A DNA stretch of 48,168 nt from Candidatus Altiarchaeales archaeon (GCA_014727915.1 WJMO01000010.1:1-48168); one strand, 5' to 3'. Counted from the first letter of the stretch, positions 35,433 through 45,479 are shown. The notes: a model not told the origin generated them from the sequence alone. Translations and numbers: made by a program.

Positions 35433-35549
35433 TATGCGGGTATAACGCAGGACGTCACCAGACAAAAACCCCCTGATGAAATGGGAGGATACGCCTTGAA
35501 AAGGGTGTTTAATCGGTTTATTTCCTGATTTTATAATAGGTACTCCCAT

Positions 35550-36596
35550 ATGGTAAGCCCTATGAAGAAAGGAGAAAAGAGGCCTGACACATACGCTAAA
35601 GCTGGTGTGGACATCAGGAAGGAGGACCGCACGATCAAAGGGATCAAGAAGTGGGTGTCCAGGACGTTCAGCTTCCGAGAAGGTAAAAAAGGCGCCGTAC
35701 TGGAGGATATCGGCTCATTCGCTAACCTGATGGACTTCGGAGACTTCGCCCTCGCCTTCTGCATGGACGGGGTGGGCAGCAAGGTGCTCATAGCCCAGGA
35801 ACTGGAAAAATACGACACCATCGGGATAGACTGCATCGCCATGAACGTCAACGACCTCATATGCGTCGGAGCCGAACCCGTGTCAATGGTTGACTACCTG
35901 GCCATGGAGGAGACAGACGACGAGATCGCCAAGGAGATTTCAGCCGGCCTCTACGAGGGGGCCAAGCAGTCCGGGATATCGATCGTCGGCGGGGAGACCG
36001 CCTCGCTGCCGGAGATCATAAAAGGCGTGGACGGGCGGGGATTCGACCTCGCAGCCGCAGTGATAGGGATAGTCAACAAGGACAAGGTCATAACCGGCGA
36101 AAAAATCATGGTAGGGGATGTGGTGCTGGGGTTCAAAAGCTCGGGGATACACAGCAACGGCATGACACTGGCGAGGAAGGTGACTCCCAAGAACATGTGG
36201 ATGAACCTGCTCACACCAACCAGGATATACGTGAAGGAAGTGATGGAGATACTGGGGAAATACGACGTACACGGTCTGGTCAACATAACCGGCGGCGGAT
36301 TCCTCAACCTGCTCAGGATCACAGAGCACGGATTCCACCTGGACAATATGCCAGATCCGCAGATGATATTCAAGAAGATACAGGAGCTGGGCAAGGTCTC
36401 CGACGAGGAGATGTACCGGACGTTCAACATGGGAATAGGATTCTGCGCCATCGCCCCAGACGGGGAAGCAGACAGGATAGTCGAGGAATACGGGCAGAAA
36501 CACGGAATCGCCCGCATTGGAACGGTGGTGGAAGGCCATGACGTGACTGTGATACGGAAAGGCGTTGAAATAAAACTCGAGAGGACAATTTATTAG
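35550..36596 (+). CDS. purM: Phosphoribosylformylglycinamidine cyclo-ligase (AIR synthase)
   Basis: YAKAGVD, DGVGSK, AMNVND, GGETA, SSGIHSNG, ITGGG, TFNMGIG. Confidence 0.97.
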   Translation: MVSPMKKGEKRPDTYAKAGVDIRKEDRTIKGIKKWVSRTFSFREGKKGAVLEDIGSFANLMDFGDFALAFCMDGVGSKVLIAQELEKYDTIGIDCIAMNVNDLICVGAEPVSMVDYLAMEETDDEIAKEISAGLYEGAKQSGISIVGGETASLPEIIKGVDGRGFDLAAAVIGIVNKDKVITGEKIMVGDVVLGFKSSGIHSNGMTLARKVTPKNMWMNLLTPTRIYVKEVMEILGKYDVHGLVNITGGGFLNLLRITEHGFHLDNMPDPQMIFKKIQELGKVSDEEMYRTFNMGIGFCAIAPDGEADRIVEEYGQKHGIARIGTVVEGHDVTVIRKGVEIKLERTIY

Positions 36597-36605
36597 TTAA
36601 ACGGG

Positions 36606-37529
36606 GTGACAAAAATGCCAATAAACAAGACGGAAAAAATCTGGTTTAACGGTAAGCTCGTGGACTGGGACAAGGCACAGACGCACATACTAAGCCACGC
36701 ACTCCACTACGGGTCAGGGGTGTTCGAGGGGATAAGGTGCTACAAGACAAATAAGGGCCCCGCCGTCTTCAGGCTCAGAGAGCACGTGGAAAGGCTCTTC
36801 ACTTCGGCGGAACTATACTTCATGGAAGTGCCCTACGATGTGGGAGAGATAGAAGAAGCCGTTAAAGGGCTGATAAAAGCCAACAAACTGGACGCCTGCT
36901 ACATAAGGCCCATAATATACAGGGGATACGGGGAGATGGGACTTAACCCCCTGAAGGCTCCGGTAGACACTGCCATCGCCGTCTGGCCCTGGGGCACATA
37001 CCTTGGGGAAGAAGGATTGAAGAAGGGCATAAAGGTGATGATAAGCTCTGTGGAGAGGTTCAACAGCAACATAGTGCCGACAAGGGCCAAAGCAACCGGC
37101 CAGTACATAAACAGCATACTCGCCAAGCTGCAGTCGCTAAAGTCAGGATATGACGAGGCCATAATGCTGGACAACAGGGGCATGATATCCGAGGGCCCGG
37201 GCGAGAACCTGTTCATCGTAAGGGACAAGGTCATATACACGCCGCCGGAGCATGCGAGCCTCCTCATGGGCATAACAAGGGACAGCATAGTCAGGATAGC
37301 GAGGGACATGAACTACGAGGTGGTGGAAACGGACATGGACAGGGGAATGCTCTACACCGCCGACGAGGCCTTCTTCACAGGAACCGCGGCGGAGGTGACA
37401 CCCATAAGGGAGGTTGACGGGCACACCATCGGAAAACCTGGACCGGTCACTTTGGAGATTCAGGAGAAGTTCTTCGAGATAGTCGAGGGCAAAGACCAGG
37501 AGTACGGACACTGGCTAGCTTATATTTGA
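36606..37529 (+). CDS. ilvE: Branched-chain amino acid aminotransferase
   Basis: LHYGSGVFEG, YIRP, AKATGQY, EGPGENLF, GITR, FTGTAAEV. Confidence 0.96.
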   Translation: MTKMPINKTEKIWFNGKLVDWDKAQTHILSHALHYGSGVFEGIRCYKTNKGPAVFRLREHVERLFTSAELYFMEVPYDVGEIEEAVKGLIKANKLDACYIRPIIYRGYGEMGLNPLKAPVDTAIAVWPWGTYLGEEGLKKGIKVMISSVERFNSNIVPTRAKATGQYINSILAKLQSLKSGYDEAIMLDNRGMISEGPGENLFIVRDKVIYTPPEHASLLMGITRDSIVRIARDMNYEVVETDMDRGMLYTADEAFFTGTAAEVTPIREVDGHTIGKPGPVTLEIQEKFFEIVEGKDQEYGHWLAYI

Positions 37530-37533
37530 TAAC

Positions 37534-38523
37534 ATGAAGGTCTGCCTCTACGGTGAATTAACCAAGATACTGAAGGGAAGCGGCATAGGAAGCGCCATAG
37601 ACCACCAGAGGAAGGCTCTGGAGTTGAACGGCGTTGAGGTGACGAGGAGCCACAGGGACAAGTTCGACCTCATAGACATAAACACCATCGGACCAAGGTC
37701 AGCATACGTAGCCCATAAGATGCGGTGGAAGGGCAAGCCAGTGGTTATGCACACCCACACCACGGCCGAAGACCTGAGGGACAGCTTCAAGTTCACCACC
37801 CAGCTGGCCCCCAAGCTGAGGCACTACCTGAGATACTTCTACAACCAGGCGGACCTGCTCATATCGCCTTCCAAGTACACGAAGGACGTGCTGGAAGACT
37901 ACGGGGTAACTCCGGAGATACTGCCAGTGAGCAACGGAGTCGACATGGAAAAGTTCAGCTTCAACGAGAGGGGCAGGAGGAGATACCGGAACAAATACGG
38001 TTTGGAGGGTGTGGTGCCGTTCACGGTCGGGCACGTGTTCAAGAGGAAGGGGGTGCTGGAGTTCCTGGAATTGGCGAGGGAGTTCCCGGACAAGAGCTTC
38101 ATATGGTATGGGAGGGTATACAAGGACCTGACATCCAAGGGCGTCAAGGACTCGGTTAAGAACGCCCCGGATAACGTAACATTCACAGGGTATGTGCGGG
38201 ACGTTAACGCTGCATTCAACAGCGGGGACATATTCCTCTTCCCGAGCTGGTGCGAGAACCAGGGCATAGCCATACTCGAGGCGGCAGCTTGCAAGATGCC
38301 CATAGTGGTCAGGAACCTGCCAACATACAATGGATGGTTGGATGACGGGGTGAACTGCCTGAAAGCGGACGACACCCGGGACTTCGCAGAACACCTCCAA
38401 CGCCTGTTGGAAAGCGAGAATTTGAGGTGTAAACTCGGGGACAGGGCGTATGAGATGGCGCAGGAGCACAGGCTAGAGAGGATAGGAGAACAACTAAAGG
38501 AGGCGTACGAGAAGCTGCTATAA
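37534..38523 (+). CDS. GT4 glycosyltransferase (diglycosyl-lipid synthase-like)
   Basis: SGIGSAIDHQ, HTHTTAED, RKG, FLFPSWCENQGIAILEA. Confidence 0.9.
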   Translation: MKVCLYGELTKILKGSGIGSAIDHQRKALELNGVEVTRSHRDKFDLIDINTIGPRSAYVAHKMRWKGKPVVMHTHTTAEDLRDSFKFTTQLAPKLRHYLRYFYNQADLLISPSKYTKDVLEDYGVTPEILPVSNGVDMEKFSFNERGRRRYRNKYGLEGVVPFTVGHVFKRKGVLEFLELAREFPDKSFIWYGRVYKDLTSKGVKDSVKNAPDNVTFTGYVRDVNAAFNSGDIFLFPSWCENQGIAILEAAACKMPIVVRNLPTYNGWLDDGVNCLKADDTRDFAEHLQRLLESENLRCKLGDRAYEMAQEHRLERIGEQLKEAYEKLL

Positions 38524-38524
38524 T

Positions 38525-39610
38525 ATGAACATCGGATTCTTCACAGACTCCTATTTCCCCCAGGTCAACGGGGTCACATACACAGTCGACGCCTGGAGGA
38601 AAGAGCTGGAAAAGAGAGGCCACATGGTATACATCTACTACCCAAAAGCAGATTACACCCCCGGCGAAAGAGAGCATGAGTTCGGGTCGATAGACTTCAA
38701 GAGCTACCCGGGTTATAAGATCGCCTTCCCCGTGAGGATATGCGATAAGACGCGGCACCTGGACCTGGTGCACGCGCACACACCCTTCGGTCTGGGGATA
38801 GCAGGTCTGAGGGCTGCACGAGCACATAAGCTGCCTAGGATGTTCACATTCCACACCCCAGGCGACGAGTACATAAGCTACATAACCAAGAACCCCGTGC
38901 TCAAACCACTCCTCACAAGCATAAGCCTCAGGTGGGACAGGTTCTTCTTCAACCAGTTTACAAGGATAACAACGGCATCTCCGGTGATAAAGGAGAAGCT
39001 CGAGGATAACAGGATAGGCAACGTAGAACTGCTGAGCAACGGACTGGACCTCAGCCTATTCCACCGGGTGGACCCAAGGGGATTCAGGGAAAAACACGGC
39101 ATAGCCGACGGCAGGGTGATAGGGTTCTGCGGCAGGCTGGGATATGAAAAACATGTTGAGGACCTTATAAGCGCAGCAGACCGGTTCGACGGAACAGTGC
39201 TTATAGCAGGCAAAGGACCTGCAGAAGACCACTACCGGAAACTCTCGGAGGGCAGGGACAACGTTAAGATGCTGGGTTTCCTCAGGAGGGATACGCTTAA
39301 GGAGTTCTATTCGGCACTTGACGTGTTCGTGTTCCCAAGCTTCGCGGAGACCCAGGGGCTGGTGGCCGTGGAGTCCATGGCATGCGGAACACCCGTCGTG
39401 GGGGTGCCTGTGCTGGCGTTGAAGACCACCATAGAAGACGGGAAGACAGGATACCACTACAAAGCCGGGGACATAGACGACCTCCTGGAGAAGGTCGAGA
39501 GGGCGTATGAGAACAGAAAGGTCCTTGTCAAGGGATGCCTGGAGGAGGCGGGAAGGCACTCGGTCGACAGGGTGGTGGACAGGCTGGAGGGAATATACGG
39601 TTCGCTCTAA
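38525..39610 (+). CDS. GT4 glycosyltransferase (monoglycosyl-lipid synthase-like)
   Basis: FTDSYFPQVNGV, HAHTPF, TFHT, GRLGYEK, FPSFAETQGLVAVESMACG. Confidence 0.92.
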   Translation: MNIGFFTDSYFPQVNGVTYTVDAWRKELEKRGHMVYIYYPKADYTPGEREHEFGSIDFKSYPGYKIAFPVRICDKTRHLDLVHAHTPFGLGIAGLRAARAHKLPRMFTFHTPGDEYISYITKNPVLKPLLTSISLRWDRFFFNQFTRITTASPVIKEKLEDNRIGNVELLSNGLDLSLFHRVDPRGFREKHGIADGRVIGFCGRLGYEKHVEDLISAADRFDGTVLIAGKGPAEDHYRKLSEGRDNVKMLGFLRRDTLKEFYSALDVFVFPSFAETQGLVAVESMACGTPVVGVPVLALKTTIEDGKTGYHYKAGDIDDLLEKVERAYENRKVLVKGCLEEAGRHSVDRVVDRLEGIYGSL

Positions 39611-40620
39611 TCCTGGCGGTCAACCAGGCGGGTGACATTCAATCCTATGTGCAGGGATGAAAGGAAACCTGTGAATATCGGCAGCCAGAAGAACAGCAGA
39701 CGGTCAACTAAGACGATAGCGGCTGAAACCTCCAATGGCAGGCCCAACACGGTGAACAACCCGGTGCCCACCCACTCCCATATGCCAAGAGCGCCTGGCA
39801 GCAGGGGAAGACCGCTGACTGTCACGAGTATCGCATAGACCACGATGACCTTCCACAACTCTATTGGGACTCCCAACGCGAGGAAGACCAGGTATATTCT
39901 GAGAACGCTCAGCGCCCATATGGCAATGGAGATTATCAATCCGACGGTCAAGGTCCAAACGTCGGTCATGGTCGTCCGGATGCTCCTGTGGAAGCTGGAG
40001 AAAAGGTCGTCAACGTGGGCTTCAACCCTCCTGACGTATTTTCTAAGGAAGACTATGCGTTCAAAGACGTCCAATATCGCATTGAACAATCTGAGGGACG
40101 GGTCTCTGCTCGTGAGTAGGCTGAAGGACCCTACCAGAAGGGTTGACGCTAGCACAGCCAGCAGGCCGAGAAGCCAGGCGAACCTCAAGTCCATCGAATA
40201 CTTGAAGACGATGAATATCGCTACGAGGTTCAGGAAAAGGACGGGTATTATGTGGAGGTAGAGGTCCACCAGGACCGTGGCAAAGGACTTCTCCATCTTT
40301 ATCTTGTCTATCTTGCTTATCACATAGGCCCTGACGGGCTCGCCCCCGGCCAGGCTGACGGGAGTGAGGCTGTTCACCATGAAGCCTATGATGGACGTAT
40401 GAAGCACGTTAGTGAATGACACCGCATATCTTCGTATGATGACATACCATTTGAGGGACATCAGTAGCATGATGAACAGCTGGAGGGCTATCAACGCCGC
40501 AGTCCACTCATAGCTCAGCTTGGATGTGATCCTGAAGAGCTCGTTATAGTCGACCGAGAAGAAGAGAGCGCCCAGTAGTAGGATGCTCACGACAAACAAC
40601 AATATCCTCTTACGGAACAT
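39607..40620 (-). CDS. Lysylphosphatidylglycerol synthase TM / flippase-like protein (UPF0104)
   Basis: NSLTP...GGEPVR, LPGALGIWE, VLVDR; multi-TM. Confidence 0.88.
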   Translation of the reverse strand: MFRKRILLFVVSILLLGALFFSVDYNELFRITSKLSYEWTAALIALQLFIMLLMSLKWYVIIRRYAVSFTNVLHTSIIGFMVNSLTPVSLAGGEPVRAYVISKIDKIKMEKSFATVLVDLYLHIIPVLFLNLVAIFIVFKYSMDLRFAWLLGLLAVLASTLLVGSFSLLTSRDPSLRLFNAILDVFERIVFLRKYVRRVEAHVDDLFSSFHRSIRTTMTDVWTLTVGLIISIAIWALSVLRIYLVFLALGVPIELWKVIVVYAILVTVSGLPLLPGALGIWEWVGTGLFTVLGLPLEVSAAIVLVDRLLFFWLPIFTGFLSSLHIGLNVTRLVDRQD

Positions 40621-40685
40621 GATAACAATTTGAATTGAAGGAATAAAACACGCTTAAATCAAAATTATTTATAAAAAAGTACGAA

Positions 40686-41618
40686 TTATTTGAATTTCAT
40701 GTTTCTATTTGCTACAAGAAACACGAGATAGAGGGACACTGCGGACAATGCCAACAGGAAGAAAAGCTGGAGGTTAGAGTTAGAATCTCCCACTTCGATG
40801 TGCCGGCCGCTGGACTCCATCAGCCTCTCGCTCTCCATCACACCATACGTGTCATTCAACTCCAGATAGATCGAATGGGCGCGTTTGGCACGCATGTAGG
40901 TCTCCAGGTGATCACCGTCCTCAAACGCGTAGAGGGCCTGGCCATAGTAGTCGTTGGCCTCCTCATAGCGTTCTATGGCCTTCATTATCTTGGACAGCAG
41001 AGAGTCGGCCCGGCTTATCCCGTATCCGTCCTGCCTGAACTTGTAAACCGACTTGGCGTTTGAAGCCAAGCTCAGCGCAGCCTCGAAATCCGCGGTATTG
41101 TATTTTGCAATAGCATCCCTCATGTACTCCTCGGGGTTCACAGGCGAGGGTATGTCCCTTATCTTGTTGAGGAACGCCTCTATACGGTGTATACCCTCAT
41201 AGTCCTGTGTCTCAACGTACAATCGCATGGCCTTGTTGGCGTATATCACAGCAGCCTCCAGCTCGTTCGCTTCCAGGCTCTGCTGTGCTGCGGCATAGTA
41301 CTCGTCTCCCGTCGCGTTGGGAGCAACTGCATCGCATATGTCTCCCAATTCCACTATGAACTCGTTCACCTCGTCTATCATGTCGGCGTAGACTTCCGCG
41401 TTGTTGTCGCAGGGCTGGTCGGACTTTCTCATCTCCTCCTCATACAGCCTAGTGTAATATTCCCTGGCATCCAAAGCCGCCCGGGTAGCGTTATCGCACT
41501 CACCTCTCAACATGAACATCTTAGCGGACTCAAGAGACCGGGGGCTGTTCACAGCCTGCCCGAAGGCAAACCCGGACAGGAGAACCAGCATAACAGACAA
41601 AAGCAGGAAACGCATCAT
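40686..41618 (-). CDS. Secreted helical-repeat (TPR-like) protein with C-terminal membrane anchor
   Basis: Signal peptide; repeats with pattern Y..A...F...D...A...A..A..IY....D.YG; C-terminal TM helix. Confidence 0.75.
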   Translation of the reverse strand: MMRFLLLSVMLVLLSGFAFGQAVNSPRSLESAKMFMLRGECDNATRAALDAREYYTRLYEEEMRKSDQPCDNNAEVYADMIDEVNEFIVELGDICDAVAPNATGDEYYAAAQQSLEANELEAAVIYANKAMRLYVETQDYEGIHRIEAFLNKIRDIPSPVNPEEYMRDAIAKYNTADFEAALSLASNAKSVYKFRQDGYGISRADSLLSKIMKAIERYEEANDYYGQALYAFEDGDHLETYMRAKRAHSIYLELNDTYGVMESERLMESSGRHIEVGDSNSNLQLFFLLALSAVSLYLVFLVANRNMKFK

Positions 41619-41624
41619 ATACAC

Positions 41625-42302
41625 CTAGGACACCACAGAGGTCCCCTTGAACGGCCTTCCCTCAATGGCTGAGCGCATGTTCCCCAGGTCCCTACCATCC
41701 AGGACCAGAGTCCTTATGCTGGAACGCTTGATCACCTTCAAGGCCACATGGTCCAGTAGCGGATATTCTCCCGCGTTCATTCCCTCGCCTTCCAAGAGGA
41801 CTATGAGGTCATCGACGCTTATCTCCTCCAGCGGCTTGGCATCATCATTTTCCCAGGGGTTCTTGTCGTAGACGGCGTCCACGTTGGATGCGTTCACGAA
41901 AAGGTCCGCCTTCACCCAGTCCGCGAGCAGGCATGCCACCGCATCCGTAGAATGGCCGGGTTCGGTGCCGCCCATCACGAGTATCCGGTCACCGAACAAA
42001 GAAGCTGCCTCGTGTATTGACTCTGGGATGGCTTCCACCGCAAGGTCTCCGAGAGCATCAGCCAAAACCCTCGCATTCTCCCGTGTGGCCAATATGCCCA
42101 CGTGGTCGCACTCAGCCCATGAAGCGCCCTTCGCACGCGCGACCGAGATTTTCTCCCTGGCTGGGCGGCCGCCGCCAACGACCACTGCAACCTCGTTACC
42201 CTCGGATATCCCCGAGAGAAACGATGAAACCTTGCCGACGTAATCGCCGTCAACCCCTTCTGGAGCCAATATGCTCCCCCCTATGGAGAAGACTATCTTC
42301 AT
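41625..42302 (-). CDS. pyrH: UMP kinase, archaeal type
   Basis: Start ATG 42302 MKIVFSIGGS; VVGGG, MGGTEPGHSTDAVA, NVDAVYDKNP. Confidence 0.93.
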   Translation of the reverse strand: MKIVFSIGGSILAPEGVDGDYVGKVSSFLSGISEGNEVAVVVGGGRPAREKISVARAKGASWAECDHVGILATRENARVLADALGDLAVEAIPESIHEAASLFGDRILVMGGTEPGHSTDAVACLLADWVKADLFVNASNVDAVYDKNPWENDDAKPLEEISVDDLIVLLEGEGMNAGEYPLLDHVALKVIKRSSIRTLVLDGRDLGNMRSAIEGRPFKGTSVVS

Positions 42303-42342
42303 CGTATTTAATTCGGCATACTCCAATATTAACGTGGTTGGC

Positions 42343-43233
42343 ATGGGACTCGATCTTCTGGTATTCGGAGACACGGCGATCGACAACTTCTACGTCGTTG
42401 ACAGGCTTCCCGAGTTGAACGAAGCCGCGGACGTGATAAAAGGCAGGAGATACTACGGGGGAATGGGAGCCAACACAGCCGTCGTAGCCAACAACCTCGG
42501 GCTGAAGGTCGGGCTGGTGAGCGTGATAGGAACCGACGCCGACGACTACAGGAACTACATGACAGGCCAGGGGATCAAACTATACCTCAAGGGTATATTT
42601 GGGGACACCACTAAGAGCATGTTCTTCAAGACCAACGGCGACCAGGTAAGCTTCTTCTACAAGGGCGTGACAGAGCAATTGGACGACCTCGACCCTGATG
42701 AAGAGTTCGGGCGGCGGCTCACAAAGGATGTGAAGGCTGTCTACATGGCGAGGACATACCTGAACATGCAGAAGCATGTGGTGAAGACGTTCAAGGACAG
42801 CTTAAAGGTCTACAACCCCGGCTATGGGACGTTCAAGTTCGACAGGATACCGAAGACGTTCCGGACCGTCATGAACGCCAGCGACGTGGTCGTGCTAAAC
42901 CACCACGAGCTCAACCACCTAAGGAAGATAGGCTACAAGATGAAGCTCAAGCCCCGGCAGGTGTTCATAGTAACACGTGGCAGGGAGGGGGCTAGCGTCT
43001 ACGTTAAGAACACGAAAGTCGACGTAAAAGCGCATAAGACCGATGTGGTGGACGCCAGCGGAGCGGGAGACGCATTTAACGCAGGATTCATAACAGGTAA
43101 ACTGAGAGGGCTGGACCTGTACGAGAGCGTCAAAGTGGGCAACGCGGCAGCCTCCTTCATAGTGGAGGGGTGGGGCTGCCAGACCAACCTGCCCAGCTGG
43201 GAGCAGGCGGTCGAAAGATACAAGAGGATATGA
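42343..43233 (+). CDS. PfkB/ribokinase family kinase, nucleoside kinase-like
   Basis: GGMGANTA, N..E, VTRG..G, DASGAGDAFNAG; start ATG 42343. Confidence 0.9.
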   Translation: MGLDLLVFGDTAIDNFYVVDRLPELNEAADVIKGRRYYGGMGANTAVVANNLGLKVGLVSVIGTDADDYRNYMTGQGIKLYLKGIFGDTTKSMFFKTNGDQVSFFYKGVTEQLDDLDPDEEFGRRLTKDVKAVYMARTYLNMQKHVVKTFKDSLKVYNPGYGTFKFDRIPKTFRTVMNASDVVVLNHHELNHLRKIGYKMKLKPRQVFIVTRGREGASVYVKNTKVDVKAHKTDVVDASGAGDAFNAGFITGKLRGLDLYESVKVGNAAASFIVEGWGCQTNLPSWEQAVERYKRI

Positions 43234-43236
43234 AAA

Positions 43237-44238
43237 ATGGGGGAATGGCACGCTGTAGAGGCATTGGAGGAGTCCGTTAACAGGACAAAGGAGCTGCTGC
43301 TGAAGCCCTTTGACCTAACATTCTGGTTGAAGCTTGCTGTGGTTGTGACGTTGGCCACCGGCCTGAGCAGCAACGGCGGGAACAGCATGTTCGACTTCGC
43401 AGAGGACAGCGGAGGATTCCAGCCCGGGGTTTTGGCGGTGGCGGCGATAGCGTTCGCGGTGCTGGTCTTCATAGGCCTAGTGCTCATGTACGTGTCCGCG
43501 GTCTTCCAGTTCGTCTACGTGAAAGCTGTCGTAAAAAAGAAGATAGAGTTGATAGCGGATTTCAAGTCATACTCGGGGGAGGGGTTGCAGCTGTTCCTAC
43601 TGGAGATAGTAGTATACGTTGCAATGTTCGTGTCCATAATAGTGGGGGCGATATTATTCGCTATGACGACGATGGGGTCGGGTCCTGGCGTGTTAAGCGT
43701 GTTCATGATCATATTGGCCATCATGGGTTTGATAGCCATGGTATTCGCCATAACCACTATCATATGGGTTTTCACCGAGTTCCTGGTGCCCATCACGTAC
43801 GCGAGGGGCAAGGGCATAATATCATCGGGGGGAGAGTTCATAAAACTTGTCAAAGCCAACGTCTGGGAGTTCGTATTGTACACTGCGCTGAAGTTCGGAT
43901 TGGGAATCGTGGCGGGGATAGTCGTCTTCATGGTGAGCATACCGTTCTTTCTCGGCATATTCCTCACCAGCTTCATGATATACCTGGCGATACTCTTCGC
44001 CTCCGGACCCAGCATCACCCCAGCGGCCCTGGCACTGATAGGGGCGGTGACGGTCGGTTTGATAGCAGCGAATATAGTGGTGTCATTCATGGTCATAGCC
44101 ATAACACTGCCCATAAAGGTGTTCTTCAGGTACTACGGGCTTACCTTCCTGAACAGGATAGAGCCGGGCTTGGATTTATTTAAACGCGTGAAAAAGATTA
44201 AGAATGAGAGCAAGGAAGATACTGTTAAGGTGTATTAG
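43237..44238 (+). CDS. Conserved archaeal multi-TM membrane protein
   Basis: RTKELLLKPF...WLKLA N-terminus, about 6 TM helices, FFRYY near the C-terminus. Confidence 0.75.
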   Translation: MGEWHAVEALEESVNRTKELLLKPFDLTFWLKLAVVVTLATGLSSNGGNSMFDFAEDSGGFQPGVLAVAAIAFAVLVFIGLVLMYVSAVFQFVYVKAVVKKKIELIADFKSYSGEGLQLFLLEIVVYVAMFVSIIVGAILFAMTTMGSGPGVLSVFMIILAIMGLIAMVFAITTIIWVFTEFLVPITYARGKGIISSGGEFIKLVKANVWEFVLYTALKFGLGIVAGIVVFMVSIPFFLGIFLTSFMIYLAILFASGPSITPAALALIGAVTVGLIAANIVVSFMVIAITLPIKVFFRYYGLTFLNRIEPGLDLFKRVKKIKNESKEDTVKVY

Positions 44239-45249
44239 ATGAAAGCGTTGGTTGTTGGAGGTTCGGGTTACACTGGAGGGGAACTCCTCAGGCTGCTTTT
44301 AAATCACCCCAAGGTCTCGGAGGTGGGGGCGACCTCCAGGAAGCATTCGGGACGTTATGTGTGGGAGGTGCACCAGAACCTTAGGGGAGCCTATGACGGG
44401 AAGTTTTCGGAGTACAAGGAGGGTAAGGTGGACGCTGACGTGGTCTTCCTGGCTTTGCCCCACGGACAGAGCATGGAACACGCCCCCAGACTAGTCGAGA
44501 AGGGAGTCAAGGTGGTGGACTTGAGCGCTGACTACCGGATAGGCGATGTTGAATTGTTCGAGAAGAGCTACGTCAAACACAAGAGCCCCGAGCTGTTGGA
44601 GAGGGCAGTATACGGCCTGCCAGAGCTTTTCCGGGACGACATAAGGAAGGCGGATCTGGTGGCGAATCCCGGCTGCTATCCGACAGCCGCCATACTCTCA
44701 ATCGCACCATTGCAGAAGTTCAAGGACAGCATGGACCTGCGGGTCATAGTGGACTCCAAGAGCGGCACCTCCGGGGCGGGGGCAACACCCACCGAATCAC
44801 TCCATCACTGCGAGGTCGCAGGTAACCTGAAGCCCTACAAGGTTACCGGACACCGGCACCAGCCGGAGATGGAACACATACTAAGGAGGATGATGCCCGG
44901 GTTGAGCGTTTCATTCACGCCCACGCTGATGCCCGTTGTGCGGGGCATACTCTCCAACACCCACGTATTCTGCGACTTCGACGTCGTAGACCTGGCAGAG
45001 CACTTCGGGGATTTCTACAAGGGGGAGAGGTTCATACGGATTGTGGAGACCGCAACCACCAAGAACGTACTCTGCTCAAACTACTGCGACATATCAGTCC
45101 ACTACGACAACGAGAAGGACCGGGGGCTGTTCATCTCCGCAATAGACAACCTCGTAAAAGGGGCTGCGGGGCAGGCAGTGCAGAACATGAACCTAGTTAT
45201 GGGATACCAGGAAGACGAGGGGCTAGCGGAACTGCCATACCATCCCTGA
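44239..45249 (+). CDS. argC: N-acetyl-gamma-glutamyl-phosphate reductase
   Basis: GGSGYTGGEL, LSADYR, YGLPE, ANPGCY, SGAG, HRHQPE, IDNLVKGAAGQAVQNMN. Confidence 0.96.
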   Translation: MKALVVGGSGYTGGELLRLLLNHPKVSEVGATSRKHSGRYVWEVHQNLRGAYDGKFSEYKEGKVDADVVFLALPHGQSMEHAPRLVEKGVKVVDLSADYRIGDVELFEKSYVKHKSPELLERAVYGLPELFRDDIRKADLVANPGCYPTAAILSIAPLQKFKDSMDLRVIVDSKSGTSGAGATPTESLHHCEVAGNLKPYKVTGHRHQPEMEHILRRMMPGLSVSFTPTLMPVVRGILSNTHVFCDFDVVDLAEHFGDFYKGERFIRIVETATTKNVLCSNYCDISVHYDNEKDRGLFISAIDNLVKGAAGQAVQNMNLVMGYQEDEGLAELPYHP

Positions 45250-45266
45250 GACGATGGGGAGGGAAT

Positions 45267-45291
45267 GACGACGGGGGAGAACCCCGCCGTC
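45267..45291. terminator. GC-rich stem-loop between convergent argC and nitroreductase genes
   Basis: GACGACGGGG-GAGAA-CCCCGCCGTC; fully paired on the minus strand with one G-U pair. Confidence 0.4.
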
Positions 45292-45352
45292 CCCCAAAGG
45301 ATTCAGGTAATAAAATGAGGTTAGTGTATATGCGCGGAAGTTAATAAGGTTT

Positions 45353-45433
45353 TGTAGTGCCTAAGATTTTTGAAACAGTTTTGGAATTTTTTCGAATAAT
45401 TCCAGGTTTATCGGGGACGGGTGTAGTGCCTAA
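45353..45433. repeat. 12-bp direct repeat TGTAGTGCCTAA, two copies 69 bp apart
   Basis: Exact copies at 45353-45364 and 45422-45433. Confidence 0.75.
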
Positions 45434-45479
45434 CTTGGTTTTATGCCCGTTAGCGGAGGGGGTATAGAGTAGTGACGGG

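Noticed and set aside
35473-35510. Hammerhead-like CTGATGA...GAAA core
   Set aside because: Stems II and III and an NUH cleavage site cannot be formed convincingly.
45349-45445. Bona fide CRISPR array
   Set aside because: Only one full repeat-like unit and one partial copy, with no cas genes; kept only as a finding.
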